Assembly: GCA_017617355.1 (NCBI GenBank)
Contig: JAFZWI010000023.1
Span: forward strand, 10,899-74,898
DNA length: 64,000 bases
DNA from: Salinivirgaceae bacterium
GTDB lineage: Bacteria > Bacteroidota > Bacteroidia > Bacteroidales > SZUA-534
Reading direction: 5' to 3'
Of this stretch, positions 30,790-41,149 are shown in pieces; the first letter of the stretch is position 1, and the number at the start of each line of letters is the position of its first letter. The notes beneath the pieces are model-generated. The model ran no database searches, was not told the DNA's origin, and worked only from the letters and a program-made list of their open reading frames with translations. The translations under genes were made by a program, and so were the position numbers.

Positions 30790-33700
30790 TTGCTGTTGTA
30801 TTTAACTGATTGATATATTCTTCGTACTTCTTTTTGTAAAACGAATTTAACCTCAAATTGTTCTTATTCAACAAATCCACATTCTTATCAAAAGTAAAAT
30901 CTTCCGGCAAATTATCGGGCGATTTTCTATTAATATTTTTCGACGCAGTCGATTCGCGTTTATTATCCTCCTCACGTTCATTCTCGGCATTCTCAGCTTC
31001 AAGCAGTTTTGTAAGAATTTTTTGCTGGCGAAGCATTGTTTGTGCCGAAAGCCTATTGTTTGCCAAATCGCGATGATTAGCCTGCATTAGTTTATCAATC
31101 TCTTGCAAGATTTTTGCGGTTTTGTCATCAATATCAGAGTTATACATCATTTGTTGAAGCATTTGTTGATATATCTCATTCTGCATCAGCGATTTTGCTA
31201 ACTCGTTATTTAATTGTTTGCCGTTGTCGTTTTTCATCTGATTCAACAAATCCTTCATCTGATTCTTTAAACTCTCCTGCATTTTACGCATATCAGACAA
31301 TGATTGTTTTGTTTCCGGCTGTTTTTTTTGCTTTTTCTTTTTACTGGAACCAGCACCTACACCAGAAGCATTATTTATATCCTTCAAAGACTCAGACAAT
31401 AACAAAATCATATCATTAGTCTGTTTCAGTGCCTCGCGTTGATTTTTCTTCGCTTTATATGAATTCTGCTCCTGCATATTTTTCAACGATGAAATAAGTT
31501 CGTCTTCAATAAGAAAGGCAGATTTTGATATCTGGTTATTCAAATATGGTGTTCGGAGCGACAAGGCATAAAGACTGTCGCGAACCAATTTGAAATTATC
31601 AAGTATCTTGGTTAGTCTTATGACAGCGTCTTGGTTTACTTTATTAACATCTGACATTGAAGCATATACGTTTTCCAATTCGAACGATACTTCAAAAAGA
31701 TTGTCAAGCATAACTCTCAAATCATCGGCATTTTCCGATTCGGTGGTAGCATTATTGTCATCAATCATTTTTTTCAACTCTTGTGACAACTTTTCCATTT
31801 TTTCGGCATTCTGCTTAACAGACTCATTAAAACCGTCGGTATTATTTTGCTCTAGTGCATTCTTTTCGTTATTAAATTCATTTTCAATATTTTCAAACTC
31901 GCTTTCGAAATCATTCATTTCAAAAGGTCGAGTTAAAGTATTGTTTTCTTCCTTAATATTTTGATATTCATTTTTCAGCTCATTTAAAATCTTTTCCTGA
32001 TTATTCACATCAGTAACAATATCATATTTTTCTTTGTCGATAAGCCCTTCTTGTTTTTTAGATAACTTATTAAGATTGTCGGCCAGATTAAGAATGTTTT
32101 CCTCAATCTTGATTTTTTTAACTAGCTCATATTGCTTATCGATAGATTTTTCAAAATTTTCATATTCTCTTTTTAATTGCTCAGGTGTTAATTCTTTATT
32201 CTGGTTATTGGACAATTGTTGAATATCTTGAAGCATACGTTTCATTTCATCGTCGAGCAAGTCATTAATCATTTCATTAATAAGTTGTTGTTTTTCAAAC
32301 AACTCTTTATTTTGCTCCGGAATTAATGAATTGGTAGCCTGTTTATAATCATTGCTTATTAGATTCAGTTGGTCTTGTAGCTTTTGTGTTTTGTCAGCTA
32401 TTTGTTTCAGAATGTTATTTTGTTCCCAATCGGTTAAATTTTCATCAAGCATACGCTTTCGCAATTTTTCGATGTCTGTTTTGAGCTCATTAGACAAACT
32501 TTGGGCACTCATAAACCGATAAAACAAATCGTTGTACTTCTTCTCCTTATCGGCAGTTTTTTGAATAATATTCTTAGCTACATGATTAAATATTGCTGAT
32601 TGTGTTTTCTTTATACCATTTACAGCATCATTATCAAATATTTCGAACCAGAATGAAATGTTTCTTTCTTCGAAATCTGTATTATTATCTAAATGATAAT
32701 CATAGAAGAATTTTTGTGAGAGAATATTCTTATAAATAGGAACAACGAAAGTATCAATGCCCGTGTTTTCTTGTTTGAATAATAATAATTTAGTAAAACC
32801 ATAGTCATCTGAAATTTTACCAGTAAAGTCTAAATGTCCGTCATAAGAGGCGCTGTCGTTAATCTGCGCTTCTATTTCGGGATATGAATCATTCACACAT
32901 ACAATATTGAAATCGATAAAATTTCGTTTAATATGACTGTTCGATAAGCGAATTATAAATTTTTCATTTTTGAGAACTCGTAACCTGTACTTATTAGGAT
33001 TTTGAAAAGAATAAGACTTAATTAGAGTAGTATCAACAAGCGAAACAATAGATAAAGTATCATAATTCTGCCCAGCAAAAGTGAAATTCAAAAATGTTCC
33101 TTGTGGAACAATTAAAATATTCTGGTTTTCAACTGTTGTGTCTGACTTATTAATATACTTAGGATATTGAATTTCAGCAGAATAAGCCAATAATAATGGT
33201 GGTTCGTACACATTGACGGAGTATGATTTTGAACAATAGTCCCCGCTAGTTATATTAAACTTGAATGGATTTCTGACACTTTTAAAAACATAATTGTACA
33301 AAGTGTCTGTTAGCTGGTTTAGAACATATTTATTTCCATTAGCATTAATAAAAACATCATAATTTAAGTCATTGTTTTTGATTATTATATTGACGTTCAA
33401 ATCCTTACCTTGTTCAATGAATAAAGATTCTTCATCTATTTCTACAATTAGCGTGTGGCGGGCGCTAAAATCATCTGAAAAATGAAATATCTCAGCAAAT
33501 CCTGTAATTACATGGTTATGAAGTGGTATAAATAATAAGAGTAATACGACAGCGGATAAAAGGTTATAACGGTTTGAATAAAATATGTTTTGCTTTATGA
33601 CCTTATTAAAATCAACATCGGTAATAAATTCTAATTTTTGGTTAATACTCTCTGTAACAAGTTGGGATTGAGGTAGTTTAGATAATTCTAAAATATTAAT

Positions 33701-34027
33701 AGGAACATCTTTAACCTGAGGAATAGATGATTGAATTAGTTGGCAGAACTGTTTATCTGTTTTTCCTTTTATTAAATGAGCCAAACATAAAATAGGTAAC
33801 AAAACATAAAAGATTGTAAGACCTAAAATACTGATTGATAGAAATAATAGTAGACAAACACGAAATTGACTGCTAAAAGTAAAGTATGACTCTAAAAGTG
33901 ATGCAATAAGTATAAATGAAAAAGAAAAGACAATTGTTTTGAAAACTCCTTCAATCAGCTTACGCAAATAATAAGCACGACGGAATTGATTGAGTTTTGC
34001 ATTGAACTGTTCAATTCTGCTATTCAT
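30782..34027 (-). CDS. Large membrane-anchored coiled-coil protein (DUF4175-like)
   Basis: N-terminal TM helices, ISDDYGF and FEIFDNDAVNG motifs, long Q/E/K-rich coiled coil. Confidence 0.75.
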   Translation of the reverse strand: MNSRIEQFNAKLNQFRRAYYLRKLIEGVFKTIVFSFSFILIASLLESYFTFSSQFRVCLLLFLSISILGLTIFYVLLPILCLAHLIKGKTDKQFCQLIQSSIPQVKDVPINILELSKLPQSQLVTESINQKLEFITDVDFNKVIKQNIFYSNRYNLLSAVVLLLLFIPLHNHVITGFAEIFHFSDDFSARHTLIVEIDEESLFIEQGKDLNVNIIIKNNDLNYDVFINANGNKYVLNQLTDTLYNYVFKSVRNPFKFNITSGDYCSKSYSVNVYEPPLLLAYSAEIQYPKYINKSDTTVENQNILIVPQGTFLNFTFAGQNYDTLSIVSLVDTTLIKSYSFQNPNKYRLRVLKNEKFIIRLSNSHIKRNFIDFNIVCVNDSYPEIEAQINDSASYDGHLDFTGKISDDYGFTKLLLFKQENTGIDTFVVPIYKNILSQKFFYDYHLDNNTDFEERNISFWFEIFDNDAVNGIKKTQSAIFNHVAKNIIQKTADKEKKYNDLFYRFMSAQSLSNELKTDIEKLRKRMLDENLTDWEQNNILKQIADKTQKLQDQLNLISNDYKQATNSLIPEQNKELFEKQQLINEMINDLLDDEMKRMLQDIQQLSNNQNKELTPEQLKREYENFEKSIDKQYELVKKIKIEENILNLADNLNKLSKKQEGLIDKEKYDIVTDVNNQEKILNELKNEYQNIKEENNTLTRPFEMNDFESEFENIENEFNNEKNALEQNNTDGFNESVKQNAEKMEKLSQELKKMIDDNNATTESENADDLRVMLDNLFEVSFELENVYASMSDVNKVNQDAVIRLTKILDNFKLVRDSLYALSLRTPYLNNQISKSAFLIEDELISSLKNMQEQNSYKAKKNQREALKQTNDMILLLSESLKDINNASGVGAGSSKKKKQKKQPETKQSLSDMRKMQESLKNQMKDLLNQMKNDNGKQLNNELAKSLMQNEIYQQMLQQMMYNSDIDDKTAKILQEIDKLMQANHRDLANNRLSAQTMLRQQKILTKLLEAENAENEREEDNKRESTASKNINRKSPDNLPEDFTFDKNVDLLNKNNLRLNSFYKKKYEEYINQLNTTANE

Positions 34028-34028
34028 T

Positions 34029-35228
34029 TTAGTTTTTAATTCGAGCCAGCCAATCCTGAGGATTTAACTTCTGATTTTCCTTCCAAATCTGGAATTGAAG
34101 AACCGATTTGTTTCCGTCTTCCCTATCAGTAAATATTTTACCGATAGTCTGCTTAGTTTTAACTTTATCGCCTTGTTTAACAAATACTTCTGAAAGATTT
34201 GAATAAACAGACAAGTAATTACCATGACGAATTATAACAGTTTTATGCGCCCCAGGTATAACAAAAACTCGTGTGACGTCGCCGTCAAATACTGAACGTA
34301 TGTAAGAATCCTCAGTAGTTGAAATATCTATGCCATCGTTTCGAATGAAAACACCTTTAAGAACAGGATGTGGATTTTCCCCGAAAAATCCAGTAATGAC
34401 ACCTCGCTCAGTAGGCCAAGGAAGCTTGCTTTTGTTACTGATAAAGTTGTCGGCAAGTTTCTTTTCTTCAGGAGTAAGCTGAAAAACTTTCATATCCGCC
34501 TTTTTCGACTTTTTAAGTTCTTCGGCTATTACTTTCTCAATTTCACTTTGCAACTTGTTTGCCAACTGAACTTGTTCATCAAGTTTCTTTTTAAGTTCAG
34601 TTTTTTGTTTGTCAAGTTGTAGAATCATAACATTTTGGTCAGATTTTTCACGCTTGAGTTCATCTGTTTCCGTCCTATGTTCCGAAAGTAGATTTTCCTT
34701 ATCAGAATGTAATGATTTTAGTTCTGAGAGCTGTTTTTCTATTTCTAATTTAGTTTGTAAAAGTTGTTTTGCTTGAAGCGTACGGTAATTGCTGTATTGT
34801 TGAAGATATTTGATTCGTTTGAATGCTACATTAACATTATCTGATGCCAAAATGAACATCATACGACTGTACTTGTTACGGTTTTTATAATAATGAGTAA
34901 TGATTTTGGCATACTCTTGCTTCAATTCCTCATAATCCTTTTCAAGATTTGATATGAGTTCCTGCTGGTCTGTTATTTTATATTCAATTATTTGAATTTC
35001 ATTATTAATATCAGAGATAATCTTTTCGCGACTTTTGATTTTTGAATTGATTAACAATAATTTGCTATATGAATCTTTCTTGTTTTTTTCTGTTTTTGCA
35101 ATCAATTCATTCGTATAAATAATATCCTTTTCATTTTGGATTTTCTGCCGTTCAAGTTCTTGACGTGACTGAGCGAAAACACAGCAAAAAGAAAACAAAA
35201 AACAAAGTAAAACACTATATCTCAACAT
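34029..35228 (-). CDS. Murein hydrolase activator EnvC family (coiled coil + M23 domain)
   Basis: Signal peptide, coiled coil, LPWP, NDGIDI, VIIRHGNYLSVYSNL, KLNPQDWL. Confidence 0.88.
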   Translation of the reverse strand: MLRYSVLLCFLFSFCCVFAQSRQELERQKIQNEKDIIYTNELIAKTEKNKKDSYSKLLLINSKIKSREKIISDINNEIQIIEYKITDQQELISNLEKDYEELKQEYAKIITHYYKNRNKYSRMMFILASDNVNVAFKRIKYLQQYSNYRTLQAKQLLQTKLEIEKQLSELKSLHSDKENLLSEHRTETDELKREKSDQNVMILQLDKQKTELKKKLDEQVQLANKLQSEIEKVIAEELKKSKKADMKVFQLTPEEKKLADNFISNKSKLPWPTERGVITGFFGENPHPVLKGVFIRNDGIDISTTEDSYIRSVFDGDVTRVFVIPGAHKTVIIRHGNYLSVYSNLSEVFVKQGDKVKTKQTIGKIFTDREDGNKSVLQFQIWKENQKLNPQDWLARIKN

Positions 35229-36018
35229 CTTTAATTTCTATCTTTTTATAATTCTCAGTCGACGGCTTAGAATGAATAGAACTTTTGTTTTTTAACAAAT
35301 CTACATTTTCTATATTCATTTTCAGCTCAATGTTTTTCTTATTAAAAGAAGCGACCAAAACAATCTCGGTCGGAAAACTATAGTTGGCAACAAAATTAGA
35401 ATAATTAACTTTTAAATAATTTCCGTCATACGATTTATAATCAACCTTTTCTACATTACCATACGAATCAAATTGTGTTGTAATAAAATAGTTAAAATCG
35501 CTGTCTGGCTTATGTAAGTCATTAACTATGAATTTTTGAAAGTCGGGCAGATAATGACAGTTACTTATCGAAACAGAATTGCCAAAATATGAATTTGAAA
35601 ATATTGAATAACACAAAGAAAAATCAAAGACGTCAGCAAAATCGGCACAACTGCCTGAATAATATTCCTTGTCAATCTTATTAACGATGAAGACAGAATC
35701 AGTGTTTACATAAAATTGTACTAATTCAATGCCAACTGAATATGATAAAACACTGATATACAAAGAAGAATCATTGAAAACTGAAACTTTACCAACAATT
35801 TTATTGTCTTTGCCGGCCAGTGACACGACTGATTTAAACTTATATTTTATACTATTAGTAGCAAAAAAATGATGACGCTTTTCTATTTTGGTTTGCAAAG
35901 CAGTCAAATCAGAAACTGGGCGTGTATTTGTTATTGATTTTGAACAAGATGTTATCAAAATGACTAAAAAAAACGCCAATGTTCTATTCAATGTATTTAT
36001 GATTAGCGATTTTCTCAT
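35215..36018 (-). CDS. DUF4292-like lipoprotein
   Basis: Lipobox ITSC; DSVFIVNKIDKEYY motif; conserved position between the TPR gene and envC. Confidence 0.7.
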   Translation of the reverse strand: MRKSLIINTLNRTLAFFLVILITSCSKSITNTRPVSDLTALQTKIEKRHHFFATNSIKYKFKSVVSLAGKDNKIVGKVSVFNDSSLYISVLSYSVGIELVQFYVNTDSVFIVNKIDKEYYSGSCADFADVFDFSLCYSIFSNSYFGNSVSISNCHYLPDFQKFIVNDLHKPDSDFNYFITTQFDSYGNVEKVDYKSYDGNYLKVNYSNFVANYSFPTEIVLVASFNKKNIELKMNIENVDLLKNKSSIHSKPSTENYKKIEIKDVEI

Positions 36019-37699
36019 TCAGTTTTGTATTATCCTGTCCTACTCCAATTTTACTTGCCCTTATCCATTGCTCAATTGCCTGGTCAATGTCGTTGTTAAA
36101 ATATAAAATATCACCATAATGCTCAATAATAACAGCACTGCGTGTTCTATCATAATTGACAGCTTTTTCGATATATTTCAACGCATCGGTATAATTCTCC
36201 ATTTGAAAAAGAATCCATGCGTAGGTATCAAGATATGTTGAATTTTCAGGTTCCTTACGAATAGTTTTGAACGACATCTGCTCAGCTTTTTCAAGGTTTG
36301 TCTTGTCAAGCGACAAATAGTAACTATAGTTGTTTAGAACCATAACATTATCAGGCTCAATTTCAAGAAATTTGTCAAAATAGCTATAAGCGATATCTTT
36401 ATTAGAAAGCTTGTAATTTACTTCACCAAGGAACGACAGAAAATCTGGCTGTAATGGGTCATCTTTAGAAATAATCTTATAGCCAAATTCCAATGAGGTT
36501 TTAGCCTTTTCTATTTTAGACAACTGAAAAGCGCTAATGCCATTCAGTAAATAAAGAAATGGCATATTGGGAAAATATTCAATGGCCTCGCTGCTGTGTT
36601 TAAACATCGAAATCCAATCAACCATTTGGTTGTCAATCAGTAGAATTTGCTCCCATATCTGATATTTGTCTTTCCGTTTTTCTATTACATTTTGCAAAGC
36701 AGTCCGAGCAATATCAATATTTCCCAAACTCATTTGAAAATTGGCATAAATGGTATTTACATCCGGGTCGTTTGGGTAATTTTTAACAAGTATCTCGCAT
36801 AATTGAAATAACTTATCAAGTTCTTCTGGCGAATTGGTATGCTGCGTTTGCATCACCAGGATATTGACTTTTACATCGGAAGGAACATCACGCGACGGAA
36901 AGGCTTTAAATAGCTCCGAATACATGTTGTCATAATCATTCATTATCTGATAACAGCCAGCCAAACCAATATGAGAAAATCCGTCGTTGGGATTAATTTT
37001 CAAAATATCGTTATATGTCGATATTGAAGTTTTTATGTCATTGGTTTGCAGATAGAAATCAGCCAACAAGCGTTTGTAATGCAGGTCATCGGGAAAAGCG
37101 AAAACAAGTTTTTCTAATTCGGCTGCAGCTTTCTTTTTCTTATTGAGTCTTAAATAAATATTCTTCTTTTGGATAGATACAGCCTCATCAATGCCGAATT
37201 TGTTTTCAATCTTATTGTAAATATCCAACACTCCATTCAAATCGTTGTCTTCAAGATAAACATCGGCAAGTGCCAAATAAAAGTCAAACTCGTTAGGTTT
37301 TTGATTTATAAGTGTTTGGAATATGTTTTTTGCCTTGTCGAAATGATTATTCAAACTGTAAATGGTTCCAGCCAAATACATATACCATTCATTATCAGGA
37401 GAAAGCAAAAGACACTTGTCAATATACTCTTCTGAGAGTATTAATTCATTCTTTTTAAGATAAATGGCGGCCAAACGATAAAGAATGAAAGGATTATCGG
37501 GCTTTTGGCTCAAACAAAGTTGATAATAGTTTTCGGCCAAATCGAAGTTTTCATCAAGAAAACATTTATCGGCCTCAAAGAAATTGTAAGAGTAATTTAT
37601 CTCATCATCGAACAAAAAGACCTCAGATTCATTGTTTTGAGCAAATGAAACGAATGAAAAAAACAACAATAATAAAACTGAAGAAAGTCTTTTATTCAT
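35984..37699 (-). CDS. Tetratricopeptide repeat protein
   Basis: Signal peptide, multiple TPRs, LNNYSYYLSL...NSTYLDTYAWILF...EHYGDIL. Confidence 0.9.
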   Translation of the reverse strand: MNKRLSSVLLLLFFSFVSFAQNNESEVFLFDDEINYSYNFFEADKCFLDENFDLAENYYQLCLSQKPDNPFILYRLAAIYLKKNELILSEEYIDKCLLLSPDNEWYMYLAGTIYSLNNHFDKAKNIFQTLINQKPNEFDFYLALADVYLEDNDLNGVLDIYNKIENKFGIDEAVSIQKKNIYLRLNKKKKAAAELEKLVFAFPDDLHYKRLLADFYLQTNDIKTSISTYNDILKINPNDGFSHIGLAGCYQIMNDYDNMYSELFKAFPSRDVPSDVKVNILVMQTQHTNSPEELDKLFQLCEILVKNYPNDPDVNTIYANFQMSLGNIDIARTALQNVIEKRKDKYQIWEQILLIDNQMVDWISMFKHSSEAIEYFPNMPFLYLLNGISAFQLSKIEKAKTSLEFGYKIISKDDPLQPDFLSFLGEVNYKLSNKDIAYSYFDKFLEIEPDNVMVLNNYSYYLSLDKTNLEKAEQMSFKTIRKEPENSTYLDTYAWILFQMENYTDALKYIEKAVNYDRTRSAVIIEHYGDILYFNNDIDQAIEQWIRASKIGVGQDNTKLNEKIANHKYIE

Positions 37700-37702
37700 C
37701 TT

Positions 37703-38134
37703 CTACTTACCTGTGTGACCAAAGCCGCCGGCACCGCGTTCTGTCTCGTTAATCTCTTCAACTTCAACAAAATCAACCTTTTCGTGTTTTGCTATAACCA
37801 TTTGGCAGATACGTTCACCAGACTTTATTGTAAAATCGGCGTTACTCAAATTGATAAGAATCACCTTAATCTCGCCACGATAATCAGCATCAATTGTGCC
37901 AGGCGAGTTCAGAACTGTAATTCCACTTTTTATTGCTAATCCGCTACGAGGGCGAATCTGAGCTTCGTATCCGTCAGGCAACTCAATATAAAGTCCTGTC
38001 GGAATAAGTTTGCGTTCAAACGGTTTTAAAATGATGTCAGCATCGATAAAAGCACGCAAATCCATTCCGGCCGAACTTGCTGTCTCGTAAGCCGGCAATT
38101 GGTTATCTGACTTATTTATAATCTTTACATGCAT
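37703..38134 (-). CDS. dut: dUTP diphosphatase
   Basis: [34 protein letters not shown]. Confidence 0.98.
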   Translation of the reverse strand: MHVKIINKSDNQLPAYETASSAGMDLRAFIDADIILKPFERKLIPTGLYIELPDGYEAQIRPRSGLAIKSGITVLNSPGTIDADYRGEIKVILINLSNADFTIKSGERICQMVIAKHEKVDFVEVEEINETERGAGGFGHTGK

Positions 38135-39588
38135 AATAGTTTCTTAATTTTTTTCCGCTCAAAATAATACAAAATGCCGATATAAAACAGCATAAACAGC
38201 GTACTTACTGAAAGCGATGTTATTATATTATTGAAAATGAATAATTTTCTGATATAAAGAAAAATAACAGCCAAAACAATGTAAGCCAAAATCTTCCCAA
38301 CATTGTACCCGACTGGATAAACCTTGCGGCCCCAGAAGTATGAAACAACAACCATAACAAAATAGCAAGCGATTGTTGCAATAGCCGAACCCAAATATCC
38401 GATTTTTGGTATAAGTAAAATATTAAGAATAAGCGTGATAGCAACACCTATAAGCGAAATAACAGCTCCGCAGTAAGTCTTGTTGTTGATTTTGTACCAA
38501 ACCGACAAATTGTAATAAATGCCTAAGAACATATTCGCCAAAAGAATAACAGGCACAATGGCAAGACCAACATGGAACTTGCTACCAATGAAATATTTAA
38601 ATACATCAATGTACATTGTTACCATTAGGAAAATCAGCAAGCAGAAGATGACGAAATAATCCATTACCACACGATACGACTCTTTAGCGTCAGTTGAAAC
38701 TGATTTTTTGAAAAAGAAAGGTTCGGCCGCATAATTGAACATCTGAATGAAAATGGTCATCAAAACAGCCAGCTTATAGTTACCAGAATAAATACCTACC
38801 TGCTCAAGAGCATTCAAATCGTTAGATGACAAATATTTAATAAAGATTTTATCTGACACATCGTTTATCACACCGGCAATTCCAATAACAATCAGCGGCC
38901 AGGTGTAATTAAGCATCATAAGATATTTCTTAGGTGAAATGTCAAACCTAAAGCTGCGATATTCAGGAAGAACAAGAAGGAAAGTAACAGTTGACGCCAC
39001 CATGTTGCTGATGAAAGCGTAACCTATATTGATGTCAGGATTATAAAAAGAAGCAAGCGTTTCATTTTCAGAATCTTTACAAATAACAAAGAAGAAAATG
39101 TTAAGCAGAATGTTGACCGAAACGTTTATCAGCTTTATGATAGAAAATTTAAGTGCACGGTTCTGGTTTCTCATTCGGGCAAAAGGAATCGATGTTATAA
39201 CATCGAAGAAAATGATGAACGCAAAGCAGACAATATAATTCACATTGTTTTCATACTCAATAACATGCGCAATTCCGTTTTTGAATATAAGTGCAAACGC
39301 CAGAAAAAGAGTGGCAAAAACCGAAGTGCTGAAAACGGCATGGTTATATGTGCTTTGCTCCTCGTCTTTGTTGACACTGTAGCGGAAGTAAGTAGTCTCC
39401 ATTCCATGAATCAGCAACACTAGCAAAAGCGACGAGTAAGCGTAAAGTTCTGAAACAGAGCCATATTGTTCTTCGCTAAATATTCTTGTATAAAAAGGAG
39501 TGAGCAGCAAATAATTGAGCAGCCGCGGAACAATTGTTCCTAAACCATATATCATTGTCTGCCCGGCAAGGCCTTTGAAAAACTTCAT
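38125..39588 (-). CDS. Polysaccharide flippase (MOP/Wzx-like)
   Basis: [41 protein letters not shown]; many TM helices. Confidence 0.88.
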   Translation of the reverse strand: MKFFKGLAGQTMIYGLGTIVPRLLNYLLLTPFYTRIFSEEQYGSVSELYAYSSLLLVLLIHGMETTYFRYSVNKDEEQSTYNHAVFSTSVFATLFLAFALIFKNGIAHVIEYENNVNYIVCFAFIIFFDVITSIPFARMRNQNRALKFSIIKLINVSVNILLNIFFFVICKDSENETLASFYNPDINIGYAFISNMVASTVTFLLVLPEYRSFRFDISPKKYLMMLNYTWPLIVIGIAGVINDVSDKIFIKYLSSNDLNALEQVGIYSGNYKLAVLMTIFIQMFNYAAEPFFFKKSVSTDAKESYRVVMDYFVIFCLLIFLMVTMYIDVFKYFIGSKFHVGLAIVPVILLANMFLGIYYNLSVWYKINNKTYCGAVISLIGVAITLILNILLIPKIGYLGSAIATIACYFVMVVVSYFWGRKVYPVGYNVGKILAYIVLAVIFLYIRKLFIFNNIITSLSVSTLFMLFYIGILYYFERKKIKKLLCM

Positions 39589-40299
39589 AAAACAATTAAA
39601 TCAGCAGTTTGCAAAAATAATAACTCAAGCAAAGCAACAGTTATTGCTGTCGTTAAAAATTGACATATTTTTGATTTCGAAAATCAAGACAAAATTGTCC
39701 GCAGAAAACAAAAAAGCCAGATTTTGTCAACAAAAATCATCACATATTATTTATATATATTGATTTAATTATTTAAAAAATATGATGTATATTATTATCT
39801 GTTGAAATTGTGGAAAGAAACACGGAAAAAAACTTGGATTTTTAAAAGAGACAATTTGAAGAAGCGTATTTAACAATATTATAACAGGTGCTTTAATTAA
39901 AAATCAAGGTATTATGTATTGGAACAAACAGATTGTTGAAAACTTGAAAGCTGATAAAATTGTTGAAAAACCAAAATGTTAAAAACCAAACAGAGTGTTG
40001 ATTTTTCAAACAAAAAAAGTCCTTGAAAAAATTTGCAAGAACAATATTTTTTATATCCGATTGTTAAAAATAAAAAGCAAGAAAAATTTCATAAAAGAAA
40101 TAAACAGCAGTCTTTTTATGATATTAACAATTTAACATAATATTTTAAAATTCATTATCAATCATATACTAAAAATCGGATTCATATAAGATTGAATTTT
40201 AAAAAATTAACCATTGTTAAAAACATCAATAAAAAGCAAAAGGTTTATATTTGTTTGATTTATAGAAACAAATGATTTTAAAATCGTAACGGAATTAAA
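39589..40299. other. Putative chromosomal replication origin (oriC)
   Basis: ~710-bp very AT-rich divergent intergenic region with ~10 DnaA-box-like 9-mers (e.g. tgttgaaat 39800, tgtggaaag 39809, tgttgaaaa 39934 and 39961, tgttaaaaa 39977/40062/40215); gene orientation flips here; parS and mnmG nearby. Confidence 0.7.
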
Positions 40300-41121
40300 A
40301 TGAGAATGTTTAGGACACTTTTGATTTCAATATCGATAATAATTTTTTCTGTCGCAAAGAGTTATTCCCAGCAAGAAAACGCATGGCAAGTAGGTGAAAA
40401 CATCAGATTAACGATAGGTTATACTTTAGGTTTTATAGAATTGAAAGCAGCACAGGCAAACATCACAGCAAATGCTTGTAAATATGAAGAAAAAGATGCC
40501 GTCACTCTTGAGATAGGGGCAAAAACAATTAAAGCGTTCAAGGCTTTCAAAGTTCGCGACACTCTCCGGGCAATAGTTGATGCAGAAACAATGGAACCGT
40601 ACTTTACTCAAGTGCAATCGCACGAAGACGATTACTTTGCTTCGTACCAGACCACTTATACGAAAGACGAAAATGGTGAAAATCTTTTACGTATAAAAAA
40701 ATACAAACGTGACGGCTTGAAAAAGGATACTACAATCAGAAATGAGAAAATGTATTTAGACGTTGTTACCATATTATATGGACTGCGAAATACCGATTTC
40801 AGCAAAATTTATAAAAACCAAAAAATTCCAATGCCGTCGGTTTTTCAAATGGACCTTTATGACCTTTATTGGAGATATGCAGGAAAAGAACTCATAACAC
40901 TCAGAAAAGGAGAAACTTACAAATGTTTGAAGATATGTCCTTACTTTGTTGAGGGTGACCTTTTCGATAAAGGTGAGGTTATGACCATTTGGCTTACTGA
41001 TGACCAAAACAAGATACCTATTCTAATAGAATCGAAACTTAAGATAGGCAGCATAAGGGCTGTAATGGAAAATGTAAAAGGAAACAAGTATCCGATGACT
41101 TCAAAGGTTGCAAAACAATAA
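40300..41121 (+). CDS. DUF3108 domain secreted protein
   Basis: Signal peptide; GENIRL..Y, FKVRDT, WLTDDQNKIPILIESKLKIGSIRA; TATATTTG promoter at 40246-40253. Confidence 0.8.
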   Translation: MRMFRTLLISISIIIFSVAKSYSQQENAWQVGENIRLTIGYTLGFIELKAAQANITANACKYEEKDAVTLEIGAKTIKAFKAFKVRDTLRAIVDAETMEPYFTQVQSHEDDYFASYQTTYTKDENGENLLRIKKYKRDGLKKDTTIRNEKMYLDVVTILYGLRNTDFSKIYKNQKIPMPSVFQMDLYDLYWRYAGKELITLRKGETYKCLKICPYFVEGDLFDKGEVMTIWLTDDQNKIPILIESKLKIGSIRAVMENVKGNKYPMTSKVAKQ

Positions 41122-41149
41122 TTAAGTTTGCGACCAAAACAAAATTTAG

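Noticed and set aside
39515-39763. 82-aa + strand ORF at the edge of the origin region
   Set aside because: Overlaps the flippase start antisense, low complexity, no motif.
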